DNA of 60,939 nucleotides, the filler included, from Nemertoderma westbladi (taxonomy: Eukaryota > Animalia > Xenacoelomorpha): assembly GCA_032718475.1 (NCBI GenBank). It is 3 parts of 3 records of this genome, joined end to end, with 100 filler letters (N's around TTAATTAATTAA, not from the genome) between each part and the next. Parts side by side here need not be neighbours in the genome. Positions count along the whole stretch, not along the records: positions 21,764 to 51,138 come from JAUCBJ010005465.1; 2 more parts are not named here. The stretch is one strand, 5' to 3'. Below, in pieces: positions 24,472 through 35,967 of this stretch. Numbering within the stretch: the first letter of the stretch is position 1; the number at the start of each line of letters is the position of its first letter. The position numbers and the translations under genes were made by a program. Below the pieces are notes generated by a model. That model was not told where the DNA came from and did no database searches. It was given only the letters and a program-made list of their open reading frames with translations.

Positions 24472-27400
24472 TAAGGTTAGTCAGATAATTACAGACGAGA
24501 CGCGGGATCAGCTAAAGTTAGTTAGATAATTACAGACGCGACGCGAGATCAGCTAAGGTTAGTCAGATAATTACAGACGAGACGCGGGTTCAGCTAAGGT
24601 TAGTCAGATAATTACAGACGAGACGCGAGATCAGCTAAGGTTAGTCAGATAATTACAGGACGAGACGCGGGATCAGCTAAGGTTAGTTAGATAATTACAG
24701 ACGAGACGCGAGATCAGCTAAGGTTAGTCAGATAATTACAGGACGAGACGCGGGATCAGCTAAGGTTAGTCAGATAATTACAGGACGAGACGCGGGATCA
24801 GCTAAGGTTAGTCAGATAATTACAGGACGAGACGCGAGATCAGCTAAGGTTAGTTAGATAATTACAGACGAGACGCGGGATCAGCTAAGGTTAGTTAGAT
24901 AATTACAGACGCGACGCGAGATCAGCTAAGGTTAGTTAGATAATTACAGACGCGACGCGAGATCAGCTAAGGTTAGTCAGATAATTACAGGACGAGACGC
25001 GGGATCAGCTAAGGTTAGGCAGATAATTACAGGACGAGACGCGGGATCAGCTAAGGTTAGGCAGATAATTACAGGACGAGACGCGAGATCAGCTAAGGTT
25101 AGTTAGATAATTACAGACGAGACGCGGGATCAGCTAAGGTTAGTTAGATAATTACAGACGCGACGCGAGATCAGCTAAGGTTAGTCAGATAATTACAGAC
25201 GAGACGCGAGATCAGCTAAGGTTAGTCAGATAATTACAGGACGAGACGCGGGATCAGCTAAGGTTAGGCAGATAATTACAGGACGAGACGCGAGATCAGC
25301 TAAGGTTAGTTAGATAATTACAGACGAGACGCGGGATCAGCTAAGGTTAGTTAGATAATTACAGACGCGACGCGAGATCAGCTAAGGTTAGTCAGATAAT
25401 TACAGACGAGACGCGGGATCAGCTAAAGTTAGTCAAATAATTACAGACGAGACGCGAGATCAGCTAAGGTGAGTTAGATAATTACAGGACGAGACGCGAG
25501 ATCAGCTAAGGTTAGTTAGATAATTACAGGACGAGACGCGGGATCAGCTAAAGTTAGTCAAATAATTACAGACGAGATGCGAGATCAGCTAAGGTGAGTT
25601 AGATAATTACAGGACGAGACGCGAGATCAGCTAAGGTTAGTCAGATAATTACAGACGCGACGCGAGATCAGCTAAGGTTAGTCAGATAATTACAGGACGA
25701 GACGCGGGATCAGCTAAGGTTAGTCAGATAATTACAGACGAGACGCGGGATCAGCTAAGGTTAGTCAGATAATTACAGGACGAGACGCGGGATCAGCTAA
25801 GGTTAGTCAGATAATTACAGACGAGACGCGGGATCAGCTAAAGTTAGTCAAATAATTACAGACGAGACGCGAGATCAGCTAAGGTGAGTTAGATAATTAC
25901 AGGACGAGACGCGAGATCAGCTAAGGTTAGTTAGATAATTACAGACGAGACGCGGGATCAGCTAAGGTTAGTTAGATAATTACAGACGCGACGCGAGATC
26001 AGCTAAGGTTAGTCAGATAATTACAGGACGAGGCGCGGGATCAGCTAAGGTTAGTCAGATAATTACAGACGCGACGCGAGATCAGCTAAGGTTAGTCAGA
26101 TAATTACAGGACGAGGCGCGGGATCAGCTAAGGTTAGTCAGATAATTACAGACGCGACGCGAGATCAGCTAAGGTTAGTCAGATAATTACAGGACGAGAC
26201 GCGGGATCAGCTAAGGTTAGTCAGATAATTACAGGACGAGGCGCGGGATCAGCTAAGGTTAGTCAGATAATTACAGACGAGACGCGGGATCAGCTAAGGT
26301 TAGTCAGATAATTACAGACGAGACGCGAGATCAGCTAAGGTTAGTCAGATAATTACAGACGCGACGCGGGATCAGCTAAGGTTAGTCAGATAATTACAGA
26401 CGAGACGCGGGATCAGCTAAGGTTAGTCAGATAATTACAGACGAGACGCGGGATCAGCTAAGGTTAGTCAGATAATTACAGACGAGACGCGAGATCAGCT
26501 AAGGTTAGTTAGATAATTACAGACGAGACGCGGGATCAGCTAAGGTTAGTTAGATAATTACAGACGCGACGCGAGATCAGCTAAGGTTAGTCAGATAATT
26601 ACAGACGCGACGCGAGATCAGCTAAGGTTAGTTAGATAATTACAGACGCGACGCGAGATCAGCTAAGGTTAGTCAGATAATTACAGACGCGACGCGAGAT
26701 CAGCTAAGGTTAGTCAGATAATTACAGGACGAGGCGCGGGATCAGCTAAGGTTAGTCGGATAATTACAGACGCGACGCGAGATCAGCTAAGGTTAGTCAG
26801 ATAATTACAGGACGAGGCGCGGGATCAGCTAAGGTTAGTCAGATAATTACAGACGAGACGCGAGATCAGCTAAGGTTAGTTAGATAATTACAGACGAGAC
26901 GCGGGATCAGCTAAGGTTAGTTAGATAATTACAGACGCGACGCGAGATCAGCTAAGGTTAGTCAGATAATTACAGACGCGACGCGAGATCAGCTAAGGTT
27001 AGTTAGATAATTACAGGACGAGACGCGAGAACAGCTAAGGTTAGTCAGATAATTACAGACGCGTCGCGAGATCAGCTAAGGTTAGTCAGATAATTACAGG
27101 ACGAGGCGCGGGATCAGCTAAGGTTAGTCAGATAATTACAGACGAGACGCGGGATCAGCTAAGGTTAGTCAGATAATTACAGACGCGACGCGAGATCAGC
27201 TAAGGTTAGTCAGATAATTACAGGACGAGGCGCGGGATCAGCTAAGGTTAGTCAGATAATTACAGACGAGACGCGAGATCAGCTAAGGTTAGTTAGATAA
27301 TTACAGACGAGACGCGGGATCAGCTAAGGTTAGTTAGATAATTACAGACGAGACGCGAGATCAGCTAAGGTTAGTTAGATAATTACAGACGAGACGCGGG

Positions 27401-30400
27401 ATCAGCTAAGGTTAGTTAGATAATTACAGACGAGACGCGGGATCAGCTAAGGTTAGTTAGATAATTACAGACGAGACGCGGGATCAGCTAAGGTTAGTCA
27501 GATAATTACAGGACGAGACGCGGGATCAGCTAAGGTTAGGCAGATAATTACAGACGCGACGCGAGATCAGCTAAGGTTAGTCAGATAATTACAGGACGAG
27601 GCGCGGGATCAGCTAAGGTTAGTCAGATAATTACAGACGAGACGCGAGATCAGCTAAGGTTAGTTAGATAATTACAGACGAGACGCGGGATCAGCTAAGG
27701 TTAGTCAGATAATTACAGACGCGACGCGAGATCAGCTAAGGTTAGTCAGATAATTACAGACGAGACGCGGGATCAGCTAAGGTTAGTCAGATAATTACAG
27801 ACGCGACGCGAGATCAGCTAAGGTTAGTCAGATAATTACAGGACGAGGCGCGGGATCAGCTAAGGTTAGTCAGATAATTACAGACGAGACGCGAGATCAG
27901 CTAAGGTTAGTTAGATAATTACAGACGAGACGCGGGATCAGCTAAGGTTAGTCAGATAATTACAGACGCGACGCGAGATCAGCTAAGGTTAGTCAGATAA
28001 TTACAGGACGAGGCGCGGGATCAGCTAAGGTTAGTCAGATAATTACAGACGAGACGCGAGATCAGCTAAGGTTAGTTAGATAATTACAGACGAGACGCGA
28101 GAACAGCTAAGGTTAGTTAGATAATTACAGGACGAGACGCGGGATCAGCTAAGGTTAGTTAGATAATTACAGACGCGACGCGAGATCAGCTAAGGTTAGT
28201 CAGATAATTACAGGACGAGACGCGGGATCAGCTAAGGTTAGTCGGATAATTACAGACGCGACGCGAGATCAGCTAAGGTTAGTCAGATAATTACAGGACG
28301 AGGCGCGGGATCAGTTAAGGTTAGTCAGATAATTACAGACGAGACGCGAGATCAGCTAAGGTTAGTTAGATAATTACAGACGAGACGCGGGATCAGCTAA
28401 GGTTAGTTAGATAATTACAGACGAGACGCGGGATCAGCTAAGGTTAGTCAGATAATTACAGACGCGACGCGAGATCAGCTAAGGTTAGTTAGATAATTAC
28501 AGGACGAGACGCGAGAACAGCTAAGGTTAGTCAGATAATTACAGACGCGACGCGAGATCAGCTAAGGTTAGTTAGATAATTACAGGACGAGACGCGAGAA
28601 CAGCTAAGGTTAGTCAGATAATTACAGACGCGTCGCGAGATTAGCTAAGGTTAGTCAGATAATTACAGGACGAGGCGCGGGATCAGCTAAGGTTAGTCAG
28701 ATAATTACAGACGAGACGCGGGATCAGCTAAGGTTAGTCAGATAATTACAGGACGAGGCGCGGGATCAGCTAAGGTTAGTCAGATAATTACAGACGAGAC
28801 GCGGGATCAGCTAAAGTTAGTTAGATAATTACAGACGAGACGCGGGATCAGCTAAGGTTAGTCAGATAATTACAGACGCGACGCGAGATCAGCTAAGGTT
28901 AGTTAGATAATTACAGGACGAGACGCGAGAACAGCTAAGGTTAGTCAGATAATTACAGACGCGTCGCGAGATCAGCTAAGGTTAGTCAGATAATTACAGG
29001 ACGAGGCGCGGGATCAGCTAAGGTTAGTCAGATAATTACAGACGAGACGCGGGATCAGCTAAGGTTAGTCAGATAATTACAGACGCGACGCGAGATCAGC
29101 TAAGGTTAGTCAGATAATTACAGGACGAGGCGCGGGATCAGCTAAGGTTAGTCAGATAATTACAGACGAGACGCGAGATCAGCTAAGGTTAGTTAGATAA
29201 TTACAGACGAGACGCGGGATCAGCTAAGGTTAGTTAGATAATTACAGACGCGACGCGAGATCAGCTAAGGTTAGTCAGATAATTACAGACGCGACGCGAG
29301 ATCAGCTAAGGTTAGTTAGATAATTACAGACGCGACGCGAGATCAGCTAAGGTTAGTCAGATAATTACAGACGCGACGCGAGATCAGCTAAGGTTAGTTA
29401 GATAATTACAGGACGAGACGCGAGAACAGCTAAGGTTAGTCAGATAATTACAGACGCGTCGCGAGATCAGCTAAGGTTAGTCAGATAATTACAGGACGAG
29501 CGCGGGATCAGCTAAGGTTAGTCAGATAATTACAGACGAGACGCGGGATCAGCTAAGGTTAGTCAGATAATTACAGACGCGACGCGAGATCAGCTAAGGT
29601 TAGTCAGATAATTACAGGACGAGGCGCGGGATCAGCTAAGGTTAGTCAGATAATTACAGACGAGACGCGAGATCAGCTAAGGTTAGTTAGATAATTACAG
29701 ACGAGACGCGGGATCAGCTAAGGTTAGTTAGATAATTACAGACGCGACGCGAGATCAGCTAAGGTTAGTCAGATAATTACAGACGCGACGCGAGATCAGC
29801 TAAGGTTAGTTAGATAATTACAGGACGAGACGCGAGAACAGCTAAGGTTAGTCAGATAATTACAGACGCGTCGCGAGATCAGCTAAGGTTAGTCAGATAA
29901 TTACAGACGCGTCGCGAGATCAGCTAAGGTTAGTCAGATAATTACAGGACGAGACGCGAGAACAGCTAAGGTTAGTTAGATAATTACAGACGAGACGCGG
30001 GATCAGCTAAGGTTAGTTAGATAATTACAGACGCGACGCGAGATCAGCTAAGGTTAGTCAGATAATTACAGACGCGTCGCGAGATCAGCTAAGGTTAGTC
30101 AGATAATTACAGGACGAGACGCGAGAACAGCTAAGGTTAGTTAGATAATTACAGACGAGACGCGGGATCAGCTAAGGTTAGTCAGATAATTACAGGACGA
30201 GACGCGGGATCAGCTAAAGTTAGTCAGATAATTACAGGACGAGACGCGGGATCAGCTAAGGTTAGTCAGATAATTACAGGACGAGACGCGGGATCAGCTA
30301 AGGTTAGTCAGATAATTACAGGACGAGGCGCGGGATCAGCTAAGGTTAGTTAGATAATTACAGACGAGACGCGGGATCAGCTAAGGTTAGTTAGATAATT

Positions 30401-32568
30401 ACAGACGAGACGCGGGATCAGCTAAGGTTAGTTAGATAATTACAGACGCGACGCGAGATCAGCTAAGGTTAGTCAGATAATTACAGGACGAGACGCGGGA
30501 TCAGCTAAGGTTAGTCAGATAATTACAGGACGAGGCGCGGGATCAGCTAAGGTTAGTTAGATAATTACAGACGAGACGCGGGATCAGCTAAGGTTAGTTA
30601 GATAATTACAGACGCGACGCGAGATCAGCTAAGGTTAGTCAGATAATTACAGGACGAGACGCGGGATCAGCTAAGGTTAGTCAGATAATTACAGACGAGG
30701 CGCGGGATCAGCTAAGGTTAGTCAGATAATTACAGACGAGACGCGAGATCAGCTAAGGTTAGTTAGATAATTACAGACGAGACGCGGGATCAGCTAAGGT
30801 TAGTTAGATAATTACAGACGCGACGCGAGATCAGCTAAGGTTAGTCAGATAATTACAGACGCGACGCGAGATCAGCTAAGGTTAGTTAGATAATTACAGA
30901 CGCGACGCGAGATCAGCTAAGGTTAGTTAGATAATTACAGACGCGACGCGAGATCAGCTAAGGTTAGTCAGATAATTACAGGACGAGGCGCGGGTTCAGC
31001 TAAGGTTAGTCAGATAATTACAGACGCGACGCGAGATCAGCTAAGGTTAGTCAGATAATTACAGGACGAGGCGCGGGATCAGCTAAGGTTAGTCAGATAA
31101 TTACAGACGAGACGCGAGATCAGCTAAGGTTAGTTAGATAATTACAGACGAGACGCGGGATCAGCTAAGGTTAGTTAGATAATTACAGACGAGACGCGGG
31201 ATCAGCTAAGGTTAGTCAGATAATTACAGACGCGTCGCGAGATCAGCTAAGGTTAGTTAGATAATTACAGACGCGACGCGAGATCAGCTAAGGTTAGTTA
31301 GATAATTACAGACGCGACGCGAGATCAGCTAAGGTTAGTCAGATAATTACAGACGCGTCGCGAGATCAGCTAAGGTTAGTCAGATAATTACAGGACGAGA
31401 CGCGAGAACAGCTAAGGTTAGTTAGATAATTACAGACGAGACGCGGGATCAGCTAAGGTTAGTCAGATAATTACAGGACGAGACGCGGGATCAGCTAAAG
31501 TTAGTCAGATAATTACAGGACGAGACGCGGGATCAGCTAAGGTTAGTCAGATAATTACAGACGAGACGCGGGATCAGCTAAGGTTAGTCAGATAATTACA
31601 GGACGAGGCGCGGGATCAGCTAAGGTTAGTTAGATAATTACAGACGAGACGCGGGATCAGCTAAGGTTAGTTAGATAATTACAGACGCGACGCGAGATCA
31701 GCTAAGGTTAGTCAGATAATTACAGGACGAGACGCGGGATCAGCTAAGGTTAGTCAGATAATTACAGACGAGACGCGGGATCAGCTAAGGTTAGTTAGAT
31801 AATTACAGACGCGACGCGAGATCAGCTAAGGTTAGTCAGATAATTACAGACGCGACGCGAGATCAGCTAAGGTTAGTCAGATAATTACAGGACGAGACGC
31901 GGGATCAGCTAAGGTTAGTCAGATAATTACAAACGAGACGCGGGATCAGCTAAAGTTAGTCAGATAATTACAGACGAGACGCGGGATCAGCTAAGGTTAG
32001 TCAGATAATTACAGGTCGAGACGCGGGATCAGCTAAGGTTAGTCAGATAATTACAGGACGAGACGCGGGATCAGCTAAGGTTAGTCAGATAATTACAGAC
32101 GAGACGCGGGATCAGCTAAGGTTAGTCAGATAATTACAGGTCGAGACGCGGGATCAGCTAAGGTTAGTCAGATAATTACAGGACGAGACGCGGGATCAGC
32201 TAAAGTTAGTCAGATAATTACAGGACGAGACGCGAGAACAGCTAAGGTTAGTCAGATAATTACAGACGCGACGCGAGATCAGCTACGGTTAGTCAGATAA
32301 TTACAGGACGAGACGCGGGATCAGCTAAGGTTAGTCAGATAATTACAGACGAGACGCGAGATCAGCTAAGGTTAGTTAGATAATTACAGGACGAGACGCG
32401 GGATCAGCTAAGGTTAGTTAGATAATTACAGGACGAGACGCGGGATCAGCTAAAGTTAGTCAGATAATTACAGGACGAGACGCGGGATCAGCTAAGGTTA
32501 GTCAGATAATTACAGGTCGAGACGCGGGATCAGCTAAGGTTAGTCAGATAATTACAGGTCGAGACGCG
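24472..32568 (+). repeat. 41/42-bp tandem array (about 195 copies) of an EHD exon end plus 5' splice site
   Basis: Unit GTTAGTCAGATAATTACAG(G)ACGAGACGCG(A/G)GATCAGCTAAG. GCG AGA TCA GCT AAG|gttagt reads ARSAK, matching EHD RARLAK|VHAYII. The next exon begins VHSYII. Confidence 0.9.
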
Positions 32569-32685
32569 TTGTTATGTTTTTGGGGCGCGCCTTTGTGTAG
32601 GAGATACGTTTGCGAAGTGCGATTCTTTATCCAATTTTATTTGTCTTGAAGTTGAACGTTATTGATTAAACATTATTTTGATTAG

Positions 32686-32862
32686 GTTCATTCGTATATT
32701 ATCAGTCATTTGGCGGATAATATGGTCTCTAGTTGGTCATGGCAATCTCGTATCGATTCAAAGAAACGTGAACTCATAGATAACCTCGGGGATGTTTTCA
32801 CTTCAGTTACACATGAGCATAGAATAGATAGAGGGGACTTACCTGACGTTTATGAGATGCAG
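32686..32862 (+). CDS. EHD1: EHD-family (EHD1/Past1/RME-1-like) protein, internal exon, helical domain
   Basis: tag|VHSYIISHLADNMVSSWSWQSRIDSKKRELIDNLGDVFTSVTHEHRIDRGDLPDVYEMQ|gtataa. It aligns with EHD VHAYIISSLKKEMP...KKKELVNNLGEIY...EHQISPGDFP..KMQ, phase 0 on both sides. Confidence 0.85.
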
Positions 32863-33686
32863 GTATAAGATATATAGTTCTAGAACTACAACCACTATTA
32901 TACTTTATGCTCATTCCTTGTTAATTACAAAATACAGGAGTGGCGTTCACGCGGTATTTTCAAAATTCAAATCAAGGTGCGCAATATTTTCATGCATTAG
33001 GTACAATAAGGTGTAATAGTAGGCTTCCTATTAATTAACCACATGATTAACCACAAGCACAATGCGCGCGCATGGGCTGCGATTCCTAATCAGCTGTTAT
33101 TTGCGCCAATTTCTCCAGAATGGCCTAATATAATAATTGTAGTAGGTCATGGTCCAATCATGGTCCAACCAGAGTAAAGTGTGTTACTTGTTGGATATTT
33201 AATTTTCGAGGATATGCCTAAAGATGGGCTTCGCGCTTCGCCATTCTTTTTCCACTTGAGGCAATTTACTATTTTTGTAATTTCTTGGAGAAAATCCCTA
33301 AATACATAATGCCTCAATTAATTATTATAAGTTCCCTATACGATTGTAGCCATATCTTCAGCCGTCTCATGGTTGCGATATGACATGACTGACATGAGTA
33401 ATATAAATAAACATACTCAATAGCAAGCCGTCAAATTTATTCTTTGCACCAATATCCAATTAAATTAGTATTGAACTAGAACAAAAGTAAGAAAGGTATA
33501 GCAAATTACGGACAAATTGATTTGAGATTTTATAAAATAATTTATAAATCAATTAATTAATAGTAATGTATATAAAATTAATAAATAATAATGTAATACA
33601 TTTTTGCTAAAAAAATTGTAAAATAATAAATATTTACATACTTGTGTGTAAAGTAGCACTTTACAGTGTGATGATCCGAGGATGTA

Positions 33687-33932
33687 GGACAATTCGGTCC
33701 CGGACAAATCGGTCCCGGAAAATTCGGTCCGGACAATTCGGTCCCGGACAATTCGGTTCCGGACAATTCGGTCCCGGACAATTCGGTCCCGGACAATTCG
33801 GTCCCAAAACACTAAATAAATGGGACCGAATTGTCCGGGACCGAATTATCCGGGACCGAATTGTCCGGGACCGAATTGTCCGGGACCGAATTGTCCGGAC
33901 CGAATTGTCCGGGACCGAATTGTCCGGTTCCT
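33687..33932. repeat. Foldback of 15-bp repeats (GGACAATTCGGTCCC)n / inverted copy
   Basis: About 8 direct copies, a 16-nt AT spacer, then about 7 inverted copies. MITE/foldback-like. Confidence 0.85.
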
Positions 33933-34380
33933 GATAGCAGCTTTTTAGTGCTTTTTTGATATTGGTGAATGTTCTAGAACATTAGAAGAGATATTTTTTT
34001 TATGGTAGCTATTGTTATTTACTAGCTAGAATTTTTTGAAATTTTAAAAATACTATAATTTTTTTTATTTTTGTTATTGGTAAGTGTTCGAGAACATTAT
34101 TATATATTATTTATTAAGGTGTAGCTAGTGTTTTTTTTACTAGCTAGCATTTCACTGAAATTATAAAAAATCTTGTGAAAACTAGCTATAAATAATTCAC
34201 AAGCTCCATAAAAACACCATAATAGCTAACATAACTAATAATGTTATAAAAAAAAAGTAAATTTTTTTTTATTTTCTAAAAAATACTAGCTAATAAAAAA
34301 AAACACTAGCCACCATATAATAATATCTATTAAGGTTCTAGAACATTCACCATTATATAGTACAGTAGTACCAATTAAAT

Positions 34381-34657
34381 TTGGTCCCGGACAATTCGAT
34401 CCCGGACAATTCGGTCCCGGACAATTCGGTCCGGGACAATTCGGTCCCGGACAATTTGGTCCCGGACAATTCGGTCCCGGACAATTCCGTCCCATTAATA
34501 TGCATGTTTTGGGACCGAATTGTCCTAGTCAGTATCCGGACATTCGGTCCCGGACAATTCGGTCCCGGACAATTCGGTCCCGGACAATTCGGTCCCGGAC
34601 AATTCGGTCCCAAAACACAAAATTAATGGGACCGAATTGTCCGGGACCGAATTGTCC
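34381..34657. repeat. Further foldback copies of the same 15-bp repeat family
   Basis: Same unit, with two inversion points at related spacers (ATTAATATGCATGTTTT and AAAACACAAAATTAAT). Confidence 0.85.
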
Positions 34658-35645
34658 TGCTTCCATGATACGAGTGGCTTAGTTACACGAACGAACGTTA
34701 GTGAGTGAGTGAAAATAAAGCCACGAGGATCAGAACACTGTAAAGTACTTTGCAACAAGTTGAAATAATTGTGTATATATTATGAGTGATAGAAACTGCA
34801 CAAATTAAATTAGTTACTGTATAAATAAATGTAAAAGTGACATGAATTATGTTATAAATAAATTAGCTTATATTTATGGTGACGTTTGGAGCCATGTTAA
34901 TAATATAGCTACTCGGTTATTAATAGCCATACCCCGCCTACTGGTAGGTATTGCAGTAGGCCTATCTGGCTGTCAGGCAAATACCACCATTTGTTTACGT
35001 GGTACAAAAATTATCTCCGTGTTGTAATGTCCGCTAAAGGGACATTACTTAATACTGAATAACATCAAACAAATTCTAAATGTATAGGCCAATACAATGC
35101 TGTAATGTTCTCAAAAGTTGCAAAGTGCTAAATAACAACTCGCTGTTAATACTAACGGCGTTGAGTAATGTTACAATTTTAAAATAAATATTTTTGTCAT
35201 CGTTTGGCGCTAAAAATAGACGATTCCCCAATCCCGCTCTACTACCCCCCCCCCCCCCTCCCCCCCACACACACACACATACACAAGCACACCACCCCTA
35301 TGGGGGTGGAGGCGAAATTTTCACCCGGTTTCGGTTTGAAAGTTCGCAATCCCCACCACACGCCCCCCCCCCCCCCCCCCCCCCCCAATTTAAAGTGATA
35401 TTTCAAAAATCTAACAGTGGTGAGGAGATGACAAATATATGCGGTTTTTAAACAGAAAAATTTCAAAACCATGTTGATTCAGCACATTTTAATCTCAACA
35501 TGTTGAAGCAATTTCTAACGATTTTACAGTTCATAATGATAGCAACCCATTATGGTATTATATTATAGTAGGATTGTAATTTCTTACGTACCACCCCGTA
35601 ATTCCTATGCCCCTCAGCAGCTTAGAGAGAGACTACCAACGCGTT

Positions 35646-35795
35646 CGACCCATCCTATGTCTACCTCCGGTCACATCCACCACCGACCCATCCTATGTCT
35701 ACCTCCGGTCACATCCACCATCGACCCATCCTATGTCTACCTCCGGTCCCATCCACCATTGACCCATCCTATGTCTACCTCCGGTCACATCCATC
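35646..35795. repeat. 38-bp tandem repeat, 4 copies, just upstream of an EHD acceptor
   Basis: CGACCCATCCTATGTCTACCTCCGGTCACATCCACCA(C/T) x4. Confidence 0.9.
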
Positions 35796-35832
35796 ACTTA
35801 CTTTTAACTTAGACTTTACTTATTCATTGCAG

Positions 35833-35967
35833 AATCTACTGCGTAAAATCGACTTCTCCTCTCTAAATAAACTGGATAAATTTAAGTTGAATAAAGTTGA
35901 CCAAATGTTATCCAATGAGATTGGCTACTTGATGAGTAGAATTCACCAGGAAGAACAGGACCCCAAT
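35833..35967 (+). CDS. EHD1: EHD-family protein, internal exon
   Basis: ttgcag|NLLRKIDFSSLNKLDKFKLNKVDQMLSNEIGYLMSRIHQEEQDPN|gtgagt matches EHD ELL...DFSKF..LKPKLL..VDDMLANDIARLM..VRQEE. Confidence 0.85.

Noticed and set aside
24400-24475. Sequence left of the 41/42-bp array as the missing EHD exon
   Set aside because: The frame ending at AAG|GT contains a TGA a few codons upstream and does not resemble LRKLNDLIKRAR.
35076-35472. Poly-Pro/poly-Gly ORFs and poly-C/G tracts (also about 7004, 42982, 44748, 57995)
   Set aside because: Homopolymer runs. They could form G-quadruplexes, but there is no evidence of function and their lengths are error-prone.
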